Assembly: GCA_029213265.1 (NCBI GenBank)
Contig: JARGNG010000016.1
Coordinates: 39,295-103,294 of the forward strand
Length of the DNA: 64,000 nt
Direction of reading: 5' to 3'
Source: Verrucomicrobiales bacterium
Lineage (GTDB): Bacteria > Verrucomicrobiota > Verrucomicrobiia > Verrucomicrobiales > DEV007
Shown here: positions 10,466 to 21,495 of the stretch, in pieces
Position numbering within the stretch: position 1 is the first letter of the stretch
How the letters are laid out: each line of letters opens with the position of its first letter
The notes under the pieces: generated by a model
What the model saw: only the letters and a program-made list of their open reading frames with translations
What the model was told of the DNA's origin: nothing
Database searches by the model: none
Position numbers and translations under genes: made by a program

Positions 10466-11311
10466 CTATGCGGACTTCTTCTGAGGCAGCATAAAGCCCA
10501 GCAAATCACCAATGCGCTCGCGCATTGCTGAGCGGTCGACGATCATGTCGATCAAGCCGTGCTCCAGGAGAAATTCCGCAGTCTGGAATCCGGGAGGCAG
10601 ATTCTGGTGGGTTGTCTCTTTGATGACACGCGGTCCGGCAAAACCGATCATGCAGTTCGGCTCGGCCATGTTGATGTCACCGAGCGTCGCAAAACTGGCG
10701 GTAACTCCACCTGTCGTCGGGTGTGTCAAAACCGAGATGAAAGGCAAACCTGCTTCATGATGGCGGGCCAGAGCACCGCTCGTCTTCGCCATCTGCATGA
10801 GGCTGTAAATTCCTTCGTGCATACGGGCACCACCGGAAGCGCTGACGATGATGGCCCCACGCCCTTCATCAGTGGCCACTTCGATCGAACGGGTCAGTTT
10901 CTCGCCGACTGCAGAACCCATACTGGCTCCGAGAAAGCGAAAATCCATGACTCCCAGCGTGACGGGGTGGCTCTGGATCAAGCCACGCCCTGTGAGAACC
11001 GCATCCTTCAATCCGGTCTTCTTCTGGTAATTCTTCACCTTGTCCATGTATCCCTTGAATCCAAGTGCATCGACGGACTCAAGTGTCGGATCGAGCTCTT
11101 CGAAGGAATCCGGATCGAGAAGCATATCGACACGCTCCTGGGACGTCAGGGTAAAGTGATGATCGCACTTCGTGCAGACACGATGACGCTGCTTCAACGT
11201 GATTTCGTCAATGATCGCGCCGCAGGACGGGCATTTGTTCCACAGGCCTTCCGGCATGTCGAATTTCTTTTTCCCGAGCGATTTGATCGAGCGCTTTTTA
11301 AAGATTCCCAT
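10466..11311 (-). CDS. accD: Acetyl-CoA carboxylase carboxyltransferase beta subunit
   Basis: CPSC/CTKC zinc finger, GASMGS, SGGARMHEG, PTTGGVTASF. Confidence 0.97.
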   Translation of the reverse strand: MGIFKKRSIKSLGKKKFDMPEGLWNKCPSCGAIIDEITLKQRHRVCTKCDHHFTLTSQERVDMLLDPDSFEELDPTLESVDALGFKGYMDKVKNYQKKTGLKDAVLTGRGLIQSHPVTLGVMDFRFLGASMGSAVGEKLTRSIEVATDEGRGAIIVSASGGARMHEGIYSLMQMAKTSGALARHHEAGLPFISVLTHPTTGGVTASFATLGDINMAEPNCMIGFAGPRVIKETTHQNLPPGFQTAEFLLEHGLIDMIVDRSAMRERIGDLLGFMLPQKKSA

Positions 11312-11444
11312 AGCAAAAATTAAGATGGGTGAAGGTTGTGTGCGTGTTCTCTTTCAGGCGAGGATTTCGCCTTTCAGAGTCTCCACTATGGCGAAAATCA
11401 GCATAATCTCAACCCTTTTCCCGTTCGATTCCCAACCGGTGCCA

Positions 11445-12218
11445 TCAGCCCCGCATGACCGAAATTGCGGCGACGGAATCCAGTTCGAAGGAGCGTCGCA
11501 GGGTCGAGGCACATTCGGAAACGGTTGTGCCTGTGGTGATTACATCATCGACGATGAGAATTCCAATCCCGTCGCCATCCGGTAGCCGAACGGATCGTTT
11601 CAATTCGTAGGCTCCAACGGCGTTGCGAAGACGGTCCTTACGATCCAGTTGGGCCTGCCGAACGGTGTGTTTGATCCGTTTCAGGGAGGGAAACAGTTTC
11701 AGCTCCGGCCTTTCCTGATCAGGCGTTCCACTGCGCCGAATAAATTCCAATGCCAGCTCACGGGACTGGTTGAATCCTCTTTCGCGAAGTCGCCTGGGAT
11801 GGAGGGGCACCGGCACCACAAGCCAGGTTTCCACTTCGTGGAGCCGGGGATCGGACCAGACCCGTTCCAGCAGTGTCCCCATGAGACGGGCGAGTGGAAG
11901 TTGCTTTCCATATTTGAAAGCATGCATCAACTCCCGCGCCATCCCGCTGCTGCGGTAGGCGCTCACGGCAAAGTCCATCGCCAGTTCCCTGCCTCCGCAA
12001 TTCACGCAGCCGAAGTTGCCCGGCATCTTTGTCTCGTAGCTTTGCCCGCAAATCTGACAGTAGTCATCACCGATGGGCGTCAAAGCTTCTTCGCACCCTT
12101 CGCAAAGAAACGGAAGTTTCAGTTGGCGATCCGTGGAAAGTGGCGCTTCGCAGGATCCACAGACGGGTGGGTAGACCCACCCTTTTGCAGATTGAATCGT
12201 TCGGCGAAAGCGAGTCAT
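11445..12218 (-). CDS. comF: ComF family protein (double zinc ribbon + PRTase)
   Basis: Four CxxC pairs, VPVPLHPRRLRERGFNQS, IVDDVITTGTT; start uncertain. Confidence 0.88.
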   Translation of the reverse strand: MTRFRRTIQSAKGWVYPPVCGSCEAPLSTDRQLKLPFLCEGCEEALTPIGDDYCQICGQSYETKMPGNFGCVNCGGRELAMDFAVSAYRSSGMARELMHAFKYGKQLPLARLMGTLLERVWSDPRLHEVETWLVVPVPLHPRRLRERGFNQSRELALEFIRRSGTPDQERPELKLFPSLKRIKHTVRQAQLDRKDRLRNAVGAYELKRSVRLPDGDGIGILIVDDVITTGTTVSECASTLRRSFELDSVAAISVMRG

Positions 12219-13207
12219 TCCCCGGAGGAGGCAAATGGATCTTTGTATCGATTGCGAAGCCAAAGCCAGAGAGCCAGGCCCGTCAGAAGCACGACGAGGC
12301 AGGAAACGGCACCAACGCGGAGCGAGTCTCCCAACCAGGGCATCATTTCCTCCCGCTCAAATGCCCGCGTCGTCAGCGAGCTGAGCAGTTTCACTCCGAA
12401 GACCCATCCGGCATGCAGCCCGATTCCGAGCCAGAGCGATCCGGTTTTCATTCTCGTGTAACCAAGGACGAGTCCGATTGCAAAGAGCACCGCGAATTCC
12501 GCCGCGAGGAAAACCGGGTCGGCGAACTGGGAAAAGAAATGTTCAAAAATGCGGCCGACAAACCAGAAGCCCGTTCCGGCAGTCACTTCCGGAATTTCGA
12601 GATGACGGGGTGCGTTGAAAAAATGGATCACCGCGAAAAAGACTGCGATCACGAGGAACAGCACTCGTGGTTTCAGGACCCTGGCGAGGACGGCCTGGAG
12701 CGCTCCGCGAAAAACAAATTCCTCGAGAAATCCGACCGCCAATCCCGTGCCAAGGGCGGAGAGGGCAACTTCGAAGATCGCTTTCCCGGGATCACGCGAA
12801 TCGTACCAGCCTTGCGTCACATAAAACCAACCGAGGAGAAGAAGCGAAACGGCGGCCGCCAGAAATCCGATTAGAAGATGCCGCCATCTCTGTGGATTTT
12901 GTTTGAGGCCAAGAAATTCTGCCATCGAGGGGCGCTTCGCTTTGTCCCGGTTCATCCACTTGAGTGTCGGGGCGATCAGGAGAAGCGCGGAAACCAGCAC
13001 CGCGCGATTGAAGTAGCGGGAGAAGCGGGCGCGTTCGAGTGATCCATGGATGCTGTCGAGAAACCCTCCCTCGAGCCAGCCCTGGGCAACGACGTGTTTT
13101 CCTCCCCAGTAGAGCAAGGGGGAAAGGATTGCCGAGAGGATTACGGTCCCGAAGAGAAAGACGAGGATTTTCCAGAATCCCGATTGAAAGAAGGAGGCCT
13201 TTGCCAT
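12215..13207 (-). CDS. CPBP (CAAX/Abi) family intramembrane metalloprotease
   Basis: Multi-TM; LEEFVFRG, FAVIHF, IGLHAGW motifs. Confidence 0.88.
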   Translation of the reverse strand: MAKASFFQSGFWKILVFLFGTVILSAILSPLLYWGGKHVVAQGWLEGGFLDSIHGSLERARFSRYFNRAVLVSALLLIAPTLKWMNRDKAKRPSMAEFLGLKQNPQRWRHLLIGFLAAAVSLLLLGWFYVTQGWYDSRDPGKAIFEVALSALGTGLAVGFLEEFVFRGALQAVLARVLKPRVLFLVIAVFFAVIHFFNAPRHLEIPEVTAGTGFWFVGRIFEHFFSQFADPVFLAAEFAVLFAIGLVLGYTRMKTGSLWLGIGLHAGWVFGVKLLSSLTTRAFEREEMMPWLGDSLRVGAVSCLVVLLTGLALWLWLRNRYKDPFASSGE

Positions 13208-13416
13208 GCCAGCGTGATACGCGAAATCGGGAAAGAATGCAATGCCGCCTCGCTCCGAAAGTAGGCAGGCATGTCCTCCTCCTTCGGCGGCCGAAGCTGT
13301 CGAATCCACGGCACTGATTCGAAAATCCAATCTTAGAAAGAAAGCAGGCACATCCAGGGGATCCTTTTTCCCGAAAAAAATCTCGTCGGATCTACGGTTC
13401 GGGTCGATGGTTTTGC

Positions 13417-14112
13417 GTGACTGAAAATCCTTCTACCACTATCGCCGTTGAATCGGCTGTCGAAGCCCACGAGATTGTTCGCAATTTTGAAGTCGGCGAC
13501 AGTCGGATCGAAGTCCTGAAGAGCGTTTCGCTGGATGTGAAGAGGGGCGAGAAACTCTTCCTGGTGGGACCTTCGGGAGCGGGGAAGACTTCGCTCCTCT
13601 ACACCCTTGCCGGGCTGGAAAAACCAAACAGCGGCGATGTGCTGATCGATGGGCGATCGCTCTATCGACTCAGTCGAAGAGAGCAGGCAAGAGTTCGGAA
13701 TACAACGATGGGCTACGTCTTTCAAAGCTTCTTCCTGATGCCCGAGCTAACCGCGCTGGAGAACGTGCTCGTCCCGGCGATGATACGGGGAAGCAAAGCG
13801 AAGGATCGCGCGCATGAGCTGCTCGATCGGGTCGGACTGTCGGCCCGCCTCCATCATCTTCCCAACGAGCTTTCCGGAGGTGAACAACAGCGTGTCGCAA
13901 TTGCCCGCTCCCTCATCAACGATCCCAAAATTTTGTTCGCCGACGAACCGACCGGCAATCTCGACACCAAGACGGGCATCGCAGTGATGGATTTGCTGAT
14001 GGAACTGATCGAAGAAAACGAGCGAACGCTTCTCGTGGTGACGCATGATAAGAGCCTCGCTGAGCTCGGCGACCGCAAGGTAACTCTCGTCGATGGTGTC
14101 ATTGTCGATTAA
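13417..14112 (+). CDS. ABC transporter ATP-binding protein (LolD/MacB-like)
   Basis: GPSGAGKT, LSGGEQQRVAIAR, ADEPTGNLD. Confidence 0.9.
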   Translation: MTENPSTTIAVESAVEAHEIVRNFEVGDSRIEVLKSVSLDVKRGEKLFLVGPSGAGKTSLLYTLAGLEKPNSGDVLIDGRSLYRLSRREQARVRNTTMGYVFQSFFLMPELTALENVLVPAMIRGSKAKDRAHELLDRVGLSARLHHLPNELSGGEQQRVAIARSLINDPKILFADEPTGNLDTKTGIAVMDLLMELIEENERTLLVVTHDKSLAELGDRKVTLVDGVIVD

Positions 14113-14149
14113 CTCTTCCTCTTTCGATAAGCGGGACACCAAACAGGGT

Positions 14150-15820
14150 ATGATGAGGCACCGAACAGGGTTGAGTCTTCTGGCCCTCGGGCTCCTTGCC
14201 TTTTCTCCGCTGCGACTGGAGGCGCACCCGGCTCACGCCAAGCCGGTGAACTATCCTTACGTAGTCGGTTTCGAGCGTTTTCACAGCAGCCTCGACGACG
14301 ATGAGTATCTCGCCGGGGGCGGCATGATTCTTCTGAACGAACTGAATTGCGTAGCCTGCCACGAACCGCCGCGGGCACTGAAATCTCAATTTGCCGGAGT
14401 CGAAGCAACCAACCTGGAGGGAACTGCGACCAGGCTGGGCCATCTTGATCTCGAAATCATGGTTCGGAACCCCCGCTTTGTGAAACGGGATACGAATATG
14501 CCGAGTTTCTTTGCGGGCCCGGACCGGGATCTCGCCGAAGTGGAGGCGTTGAAGCAATATCTTTCCACCTTCACCTACGAAGTCCCGCCGTATCCCGTGG
14601 GCGATATCGAGGCGGGGAGGGCGCTATATCACCGCATTGGCTGCGCGGCCTGCCACGCTCCCGAGGTTGGGTATCGGCCTCCGGGAATTCCGGAGAATGC
14701 CGAGATCGAAATGGCCGGCCTGCCAAGCGTGCCGATGAATCTGGCTGATCTCTACGACCTCAATACGATGACGCATTTTCTGCTGACTCCGAACGAGCAC
14801 CGGCCTTCCGGACGGATGCCGGATTTCCAGTTGTCATTGGGGGATGCGTCAAACCTGGCTGCGTATTTGAAAGCCGGGCCCGACCTCGTTCTTCCGGAAA
14901 ACCTGAGCCAGGCACTTACCGGAGACACTCCCTTTGCGAAAGATCCTGCGCTCGCAAAGCAGGGGGAGGTGCTCTTTCAAAAGAAAAACTGCACCGCCTG
15001 TCACACGGTTCCCGGCCGCAAAAACAGCCGAACCTTGCATCGGGCAACGGCTCTGGAAAAACTCCCCGCTGAGTCCACCGGAGGATGTCTTTCCGAGCGC
15101 CCCGTCGGGAACGGAATTCCTTTTTACGGTCTCGACGAAGTGCAGAAGCGGGCGATCCGCGCCGCGCTCCAGCGGCTTGATTCCCGAAAGCGCCTCGAGC
15201 TTGCCGCGGAGGTAGACTGGCGAATGAAGCGTCTGAACTGCTACGCCTGTCACGAGCGCGGCGGAGTTGGAGGCGCCGAAACCGCGCGGGAAGTATATTT
15301 TGGTTTTGAAACGGAAAAAGCGATTGAACTGGGGCGGTGGGGCAATCTCCCACCCATTCTCGACGACGTCGGTGCCAAGCTCACCGAAGACTGGCTCAAG
15401 CGCGTGCTCCACGGGGAGAAGGGCGGAGGGTCGGTTCGTCCGTATCAGTCCGCCCGAATGCCGGTGTATCTTGCTGACAAAGTGAAATCCTTTCCTGCTG
15501 CCTTCCGCAAGTTTGATCTGCAGCCCAAAGAGAAACCGGACTCGCAAGCTTCGGCGAAACGGGGGAAAGAACTTTTCGGAGCTTCCGGGAAAAACTGTGT
15601 GCAATGCCATTCTCCCGGTCCGGCGGAGCATCGGGAACTGCCGGGGATCGATTTGTCGACCGCGCCGAAGCGTCTCTATTTTTCCTGGTTCCAGTCCGCG
15701 GTGACGAATCCGCTGGAAACGCTCCACGGCGCGCCCATGCCGGATGTGTTTGAAGGCGGGCCGACTGATCCGGCTGATGTAGGGTCTATCTGGAAGTATC
15801 TGGAATCAATCGGGAAGTAG
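14150..15820 (+). CDS. Secreted multiheme c-type cytochrome (5 CxxCH)
   Basis: Signal peptide; CVACH, CAACH, CTACH, CYACH, CVQCH; RMP motifs. Confidence 0.85.
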   Translation: MMRHRTGLSLLALGLLAFSPLRLEAHPAHAKPVNYPYVVGFERFHSSLDDDEYLAGGGMILLNELNCVACHEPPRALKSQFAGVEATNLEGTATRLGHLDLEIMVRNPRFVKRDTNMPSFFAGPDRDLAEVEALKQYLSTFTYEVPPYPVGDIEAGRALYHRIGCAACHAPEVGYRPPGIPENAEIEMAGLPSVPMNLADLYDLNTMTHFLLTPNEHRPSGRMPDFQLSLGDASNLAAYLKAGPDLVLPENLSQALTGDTPFAKDPALAKQGEVLFQKKNCTACHTVPGRKNSRTLHRATALEKLPAESTGGCLSERPVGNGIPFYGLDEVQKRAIRAALQRLDSRKRLELAAEVDWRMKRLNCYACHERGGVGGAETAREVYFGFETEKAIELGRWGNLPPILDDVGAKLTEDWLKRVLHGEKGGGSVRPYQSARMPVYLADKVKSFPAAFRKFDLQPKEKPDSQASAKRGKELFGASGKNCVQCHSPGPAEHRELPGIDLSTAPKRLYFSWFQSAVTNPLETLHGAPMPDVFEGGPTDPADVGSIWKYLESIGK

Positions 15821-15924
15821 GTGCTCGTCGCGTAGAGGAAGTCGTAAGACTCCTTTCCGAACGCTTACGGGTGTTCGGAAAACGGACGCATCCCGGAACA
15901 GGCAATCGCCCGAACGATTTCCAC

Positions 15925-16431
15925 CTATTCCGAATTCGGCAGCTCGCCGTCGTATTCAGGAAAGAGAGCGCGGTATTTTTTCCCGACACCGCGAAGCTCG
16001 ATGGGTTCGACTTTGGAATTCGGAGACCAGATCGGGACCTTGGCCCGGAAAACCCCACAGATAAGCACAGCGATAACGCCGAAGACGATTGGGGAAAGAC
16101 TCCCCGAGAAGGTGCCGACTCCGATCATGACGATACCAAGTGCGAGTATCGAATAGGTAAGCGCGAGGGCGACATAGTAGCCTTCGAGGTGCTGCTTGCA
16201 GAGACCTACTTCTTCGCGGAGTTGGCCCCCGAACCAGGTCAACGGATTCCACGGGTTCCGAAGCGCTTTGTTGATATCCTTTTTCGTGGGCTTCCCGCAA
16301 CAGATACAAAGATCATCGGGAAGGGCCGCGCTGGTGGCGGCGAAGAGGATTCCGTTCTTTCGAAAAACGGGAGGGTAGAGAGAGGGATCTTCGCGATCCT
16401 CCGGAGGTACAGGGGGTAGTGGTGTAGTCAT
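15925..16431 (-). CDS. Hypothetical membrane protein
   Basis: CICCG motif followed by two TM helices. Confidence 0.6.
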   Translation of the reverse strand: MTTPLPPVPPEDREDPSLYPPVFRKNGILFAATSAALPDDLCICCGKPTKKDINKALRNPWNPLTWFGGQLREEVGLCKQHLEGYYVALALTYSILALGIVMIGVGTFSGSLSPIVFGVIAVLICGVFRAKVPIWSPNSKVEPIELRGVGKKYRALFPEYDGELPNSE

Positions 16432-16560
16432 GAGTAAGTGATTCCTATACTAGGAACGACTCAGTCGTGACGATATTATAAAGATGTAAGTATTTTGTAA
16501 GGTGTTGAGAGTATACGGCTTACACGGTGTGGAGATATAAGTGTGGAAAAATGGGTAGAA

Positions 16561-17031
16561 CTACCCACTAAAGCCGTTGTCTGGAATGAGGGAGCCGCGC
16601 TCTCCGTCGGCTGCCTCCGTTGCGAGCACGTCGCAGCGTTCATTCATGTCGTGTCCGGCGTGGCCTTTGACCCACTGCCAATGGATTTCATGTCCCTCGG
16701 CTGCGGCTTCGAGGCGTTTCCAGAGATCGATATTTTTGACCTCGGATTTGTCCTTTTTCCGCCATCCCTTTTTCTTCCAGCCTTCGACCCATCCCTTGGT
16801 CTGGGCATCGACGAGGTAGCGGGAGTCGGAGAATACGGTGACCCGGCAGGGCTCTTTGAGCAGTTCCAGTCCCGCAACGGCGGCGAGAATCTCCATGCGA
16901 TTGTTCGTAGTCGTTTGAAACCCCTGCGCCAGTTCTCGGGTGTGCGCCCCGTATCGGACGACCGTCCCGTAGCCGCCCGGTCCGGGATTACCGCGGGAGG
17001 AGCCGTCGGTATAGATTTCTACGTGCTTCAT
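16561..17031 (-). CDS. rnhA: Ribonuclease HI
   Basis: [35 protein letters not shown]; start at ATG 17031. Confidence 0.96.
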   Translation of the reverse strand: MKHVEIYTDGSSRGNPGPGGYGTVVRYGAHTRELAQGFQTTTNNRMEILAAVAGLELLKEPCRVTVFSDSRYLVDAQTKGWVEGWKKKGWRKKDKSEVKNIDLWKRLEAAAEGHEIHWQWVKGHAGHDMNERCDVLATEAADGERGSLIPDNGFSG

Positions 17032-18056
17032 GGGGTCAGTTTTTCCCGGGTGATTTCCGCAATCGCCGCGATGTCCTTCTTTTCGAGCAGTCGATCTTTT
17101 GCCGCAAACGCGTCGCGAAGGTCGCGTCGCTCCGGAAACATTTTGTCCTTCAGTTCCCGAACCGGGAGAATGTGGGAGTCTCTCCAGATAAGGGCCTCCG
17201 GTCTCCAGGGGCCCACCATTTTGGGATCCGACCAGGTGTGAATCGAGAGAACCCGGTCTGAGATCGCGGCGGCGAGATGCATCGGACCGCTGTCGACACT
17301 GATACTCCAGGCGGCTTTTCTCAAAAGGTGTATCAGCTGTGGCAAAGTGGTTTGATTGAGCAGATTCAGAACATTTTCGGGCCACTCATGATTCGCTTCG
17401 TCGCCGGCGACACCCACGAGCCAGACCGGGTGGGGCGCGACCTGCTCACAAAGTTCGGAGACTTCGACAGGGGAGAGAGATTTTCCTCTTCCACGGGAGA
17501 AGGGATGCAGGAGAAGCGGCCTTTCCTGAAATTCCTCCGGTATCGCGACCGGGTCGCCCGAAGGCAGTGGAAATTCCACGGGACTGGTTTCGATTCCCAG
17601 TGCTTCCACGAGCTGGCGATTTCGGTCCACGGCATGAGTCGTTTTCCAGTTCTGAACGCAGATCGCCTCGTGGTAGAGGCAAGGGGCTCCCTCCCGGGCA
17701 CTGGAAAAGCCGAATCTCCTTTTGGCTCCCGACAGCTTCCCGAGAAGGCTGCTTCTCAATAGTCCCTGGAAATCGAGGGCAAGATCGTAGTCCCTGCTCG
17801 CGAGCTGATTTTTAGCCCATTTCCCGGCCCTGAAGAGACCGCCGAGGCCTCTGAGTTCGCGTCTGGGAAAGGGAATGACGTGATTGAGAAACGAAACGCC
17901 CTCCAGCAGGGGGGACCACTCCGTGTTGACGAGCCAGTCGATCGTTGTTTCGGGAAAGGCCCGGTGAATGGCGGATACCGCGGGCAGGGTGTGAACAATA
18001 TCTCCGAGAGAACTCGGCTTGAGCACAAGAATTCTCTCGTTGCCTGACAGCTTCAC
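17028..18056 (-). CDS. Glycosyltransferase family 9 (LPS heptosyltransferase-like)
   Basis: [33 protein letters not shown]. Confidence 0.9.
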   Translation of the reverse strand: MKLSGNERILVLKPSSLGDIVHTLPAVSAIHRAFPETTIDWLVNTEWSPLLEGVSFLNHVIPFPRRELRGLGGLFRAGKWAKNQLASRDYDLALDFQGLLRSSLLGKLSGAKRRFGFSSAREGAPCLYHEAICVQNWKTTHAVDRNRQLVEALGIETSPVEFPLPSGDPVAIPEEFQERPLLLHPFSRGRGKSLSPVEVSELCEQVAPHPVWLVGVAGDEANHEWPENVLNLLNQTTLPQLIHLLRKAAWSISVDSGPMHLAAAISDRVLSIHTWSDPKMVGPWRPEALIWRDSHILPVRELKDKMFPERRDLRDAFAAKDRLLEKKDIAAIAEITREKLTP

Positions 18057-18058
18057 CT

Positions 18059-18781
18059 CTATTTCCCCAGTGAAAGGCGGTGGGCCAGCATTTCAGGAAG
18101 ACCTGCGTCGATGATTTTGTCCTGAGCCGTCTGGATATCATACTCAAGGCGGCGGATCGTGACCTCCTGATTCTCGACATCGTAAATCGCATAGGAGGAA
18201 CGCCAGTCCCCGTCGCGAGGCTGGCCCGTGCTTCCCACGTTGATGAAATACTTTCGACCCATTTCCAATTGCACCGACATTTCTTCGAGAGGCTCGACAC
18301 TGTCGCCTTTCGAATAAATCCGGGGGGTATGAGTGTGTCCGTAAAAACAGAGCTGAGTAAACTGGTAACTGAAGCTCGCCATCGCATCGAACTTGTTCGT
18401 GACGTAGGTCCAGCCGCCGGGTGTATCGAGCGTCGCATGAACAATGGTGAAGTCACGGACCTGACGAACCAGTTTCAAGTTTCCAAGAAACTCGCATTCG
18501 TCCTCGTTGAGCTGTTCCCGGGTCCATTCCATCGCGTGGCGGGCGAGCGGATTGAGACCTTCGAGTGAGGTATGGAGAATCGCTTCTTCGTCGTGGTTTC
18601 CCTTTACGACGGGACAGCCCATCTCGCGGATGATGGCAAGACACCGGTTGGGGTCCGCTGCGTAGCCCACAATATCGCCCACGCAGACATGGTCGGTGCA
18701 GCCCATTTCCGCTGCATCTGCCAACACGGCCTCGAACGCTTCGAGGTTGGCGTGGATGTCTCCGAAAATGGCGTATTTCAT
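18059..18781 (-). CDS. Metallophosphoesterase (YfcE/calcineurin-like)
   Basis: GDIHAN, GDIVGY, GNHD, GHTH, NVGSTGQPRDG. Confidence 0.92.
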   Translation of the reverse strand: MKYAIFGDIHANLEAFEAVLADAAEMGCTDHVCVGDIVGYAADPNRCLAIIREMGCPVVKGNHDEEAILHTSLEGLNPLARHAMEWTREQLNEDECEFLGNLKLVRQVRDFTIVHATLDTPGGWTYVTNKFDAMASFSYQFTQLCFYGHTHTPRIYSKGDSVEPLEEMSVQLEMGRKYFINVGSTGQPRDGDWRSSYAIYDVENQEVTIRRLEYDIQTAQDKIIDAGLPEMLAHRLSLGK

Positions 18782-18868
18782 CAAACGATAGGGAGTGGGG
18801 AAAACGGGAAAATGGGGGGAACCCCCGAACAAAGCATAGATACAGTTTTTCGCAACGCAACGGAAAGG

Positions 18869-19717
18869 CTAAGGGAGATTTATGCCTCCTTCTTGCAGGG
18901 GGCTTTCTTTCCCGTTCCGCTGGCTTCGTCCGCCGGGAAGATTGGGATAGGGATCCGGAATTCTCAGGGCAAACGGAATGCCGAGCTTCTTTTCCATCTC
19001 CTTGATCCAGAAAATCAGGCTGGGAAGTCGGTTTTGCTCGTTCACCCGATAGAGTTTGATGAGATGTTCATAGGCTTCCCGCTCTTTTCCGGGGCATTGG
19101 GCGAGGAAGTAGCCGTGGAAACGTTTCGCATAGGGAGGAGCGTCGGACAGGCCAATCATTTCCCCGTAGACCCGCGCCGTCTCACAGTTGTCCTTCAACT
19201 TTTCCCGATAGACTTCGGCCAACTGCTGGCGGATGACGGAAGAGTCCGGATTGTTGTCGATTCCCTCTTCGGCGAGTTCGATCGCGGAAATTGCGTATTC
19301 GTGAAAGCGCCGGTTTCGCTCAAACTCGGGGATGGAATCGTCGTTCTGCATGTTTGCGGTGGCGTTGATTCCGATGTGCCAGACGACGTCTCTCCAGTGA
19401 TTTTCATCACCAGGCTCGAGGCTTGTGATGATCCGGTAGGTCTGGCGCAGTTCCTCCCACTGCTTGAGTGTAAAGTGATCAAACGCCTGGAGAACGAGGT
19501 AGGAGCTCACGAGCGTCCGGAGACCCCCGAGAGTGCCCATCAGCGCGGATTGGCTCATTTGTTGAATTGCGCTTTGGGCCGGAGGAGGGAGCAGCAACTC
19601 GTCTGCGACCATCCGGGTTCTGATCCGCTCTTCGAAGGGAGTCCGGACGAGGCCGAAGAGGGCAAGGCACGCGAGAATCAGGATCCACCGTGGAGTTTTC
19701 TGGAGCAGTGCTTTCAC
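18869..19717 (-). CDS. Hypothetical membrane-anchored helical (TPR-like) protein in ABC operon
   Basis: N-terminal TM segment, helical pattern; 3 bp downstream of the permease. Confidence 0.65.
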   Translation of the reverse strand: MKALLQKTPRWILILACLALFGLVRTPFEERIRTRMVADELLLPPPAQSAIQQMSQSALMGTLGGLRTLVSSYLVLQAFDHFTLKQWEELRQTYRIITSLEPGDENHWRDVVWHIGINATANMQNDDSIPEFERNRRFHEYAISAIELAEEGIDNNPDSSVIRQQLAEVYREKLKDNCETARVYGEMIGLSDAPPYAKRFHGYFLAQCPGKEREAYEHLIKLYRVNEQNRLPSLIFWIKEMEKKLGIPFALRIPDPYPNLPGGRSQRNGKESPLQEGGINLP

Positions 19718-19720
19718 GGA

Positions 19721-20629
19721 TCAGAATTCCTTATCTACGAAGGTGAGCAGGGAAAGAAAGAGAAACACGATGAGATATCCGAGAGTCACCCCGGTAATCT
19801 GCCAGATGACGAGGGGAGCGAAGGCGGCTCCCTGGACAATTCCTTCGCTGAAGGAAAAGAGCTGAAAGTTCGGGATGACGATTTTGAACAGCTTCAGAAC
19901 AAGCTGCACCGCGACACTGTTGTCGGTCTCCGCCAACCAGAAATTGGTCGCCATGGTATGGGCGTGTCCAACGAGAAAGACGAGAATACTGATGATAATC
20001 GTGAAGAGGGAGCTCGAGGCAAAGGTGGAGAGCAAAATCGTCACCGAGGCGACGACGGCGGCTTTGAGAAAGGAAGCATAGGCGGCGACGGCAAGTTCGA
20101 GGCGGAATCCGTTTTTCTGGATCAGGGCAACGGCAGCTTCGACTTCTTCTTTCGGTCTGCCCGGGCTCTGTTCTCCGGCGATGAAGCCAATTTGCTGCCA
20201 GAGGATCATGATCGAACAAACGACAAACATCACGCCGAGCGAGATGGCGATCACGACGAGGACACCCCCGAGTTTTCCAAGCAGATATTCGATCCGGCGG
20301 ACCGGCTTGGAGAGAATTGTGTAGAGCGTGCGATCTTCGATGTCCCGGGGGATGAGCAGTGCCGTGGCAACGATCGCAAACAGCCAGGCGAAGAGGTCGA
20401 TCGCACCGAAGGAAACCTTTTTCAGCGTCGACAGGGCCTGGGCCGGTGAGGAGGCGAACGTAACATTGCCCACAGCAAGAAGGAGAAGGGCGAACGCGAG
20501 GAGAAAGTAGAAAGTCTTCATCCGAACGAGCTGCGTCACCGTGCTCATCGTGATGGTCCAGACGCGAACGGGCGAAAAGTAGGGAACCTTTCTGCCGGGG
20601 GCCTGCAGGGTGGTGGATTCTTCGCTCAT
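19721..20629 (-). CDS. ABC-2 type transporter permease
   Basis: About 6 TM; DIEDRTLYTILSKPVRRIEYLLGK motif. Confidence 0.88.
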   Translation of the reverse strand: MSEESTTLQAPGRKVPYFSPVRVWTITMSTVTQLVRMKTFYFLLAFALLLLAVGNVTFASSPAQALSTLKKVSFGAIDLFAWLFAIVATALLIPRDIEDRTLYTILSKPVRRIEYLLGKLGGVLVVIAISLGVMFVVCSIMILWQQIGFIAGEQSPGRPKEEVEAAVALIQKNGFRLELAVAAYASFLKAAVVASVTILLSTFASSSLFTIIISILVFLVGHAHTMATNFWLAETDNSVAVQLVLKLFKIVIPNFQLFSFSEGIVQGAAFAPLVIWQITGVTLGYLIVFLFLSLLTFVDKEF

Positions 20630-21492
20630 GAGTTTTCCTCCTTCTGATTCCGGGATGCGATCTGGATAAAGAGGCGCTCCAGGGTGGTTCGGGGATGGCC
20701 CTGCTCGATCACCTCGGCCGAGCCATCAGCCTTGACCAACTCGTTTATCTTGGCGAGGAGCTCAGGAGAGGCATTTTCCAGGGTCATGGCGGTCTGGGAT
20801 TCGATTTGAATGAGTTCATCGAGCCGACCCTCCCGCCTCATTCGACCTCGAAAAATAATTCCGACCCGATCACAGACTTCCTGCACTTGCTCGAGAAGAT
20901 GGGAGCAAAGAAAAACGGTGTAGCCGTCCTCTTTCAGCTTCAAAATGAGATCCCGTATCTGGCGGGAACCGACCGGATCAACCCCTGCCGTCGGTTCATC
21001 GAGGATGACGAGACGCGGGTTCTGAATGAGGCTCTGGGCCAGCCCGATGCGTTGCAACATGCCCTTGGAATACCCGCCGAGGCGTCGCTTCGCCGCGTCC
21101 TCCAGGTCGACCATTTTCAGCAGCTCAGCGATGCGGTCTTTCAGCTCCGAGCCGCGCAGGCCGCAGAGCTTCCCATAGAATTTGAGCGTTTCCGCGCCGG
21201 AGAGATGCTTGTAGAAATAGGGGTTTTCGGGAAGGAACCCAATTTCGTTTCGTGCGCGGAGATCTCCACTGTCGAGTCCGAAGACTTTGACTGAACCTTT
21301 GCTCGCGGCCATCAGGCCGAGCACGACCTTCATCGTCGTAGACTTACCGGACCCGTTGGGGCCGATCAGACCGTAGACCTCACCGGCCTTGACATTGAAG
21401 GAGAGGTTGTCGACGGCCACGACATAATTCTTCCCCATCCCGGTGCGAAACACCTTGGTGAGATGGCTGACTTCCACGGCATTCTCGCTCAT
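20626..21492 (-). CDS. ABC transporter ATP-binding protein
   Basis: GPNGSGKST, YSKGMLQRIGLAQ, LDEPTAG. Confidence 0.92.
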   Translation of the reverse strand: MSENAVEVSHLTKVFRTGMGKNYVVAVDNLSFNVKAGEVYGLIGPNGSGKSTTMKVVLGLMAASKGSVKVFGLDSGDLRARNEIGFLPENPYFYKHLSGAETLKFYGKLCGLRGSELKDRIAELLKMVDLEDAAKRRLGGYSKGMLQRIGLAQSLIQNPRLVILDEPTAGVDPVGSRQIRDLILKLKEDGYTVFLCSHLLEQVQEVCDRVGIIFRGRMRREGRLDELIQIESQTAMTLENASPELLAKINELVKADGSAEVIEQGHPRTTLERLFIQIASRNQKEENS

Positions 21493-21495
21493 TCT

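Noticed and set aside
16442-16456. TTCCTATACTAGGAA palindrome sharing 10 nt with an FRT half-site
   Set aside because: Too short and no second arm or core; plausible by chance or an ordinary operator.
18572-20449. Long antisense ORFs (this one, 41581-43053, 59206-60666 and many others in the ORF track)
   Set aside because: Shadow frames of well-supported genes on the opposite strand with no recognisable motifs.
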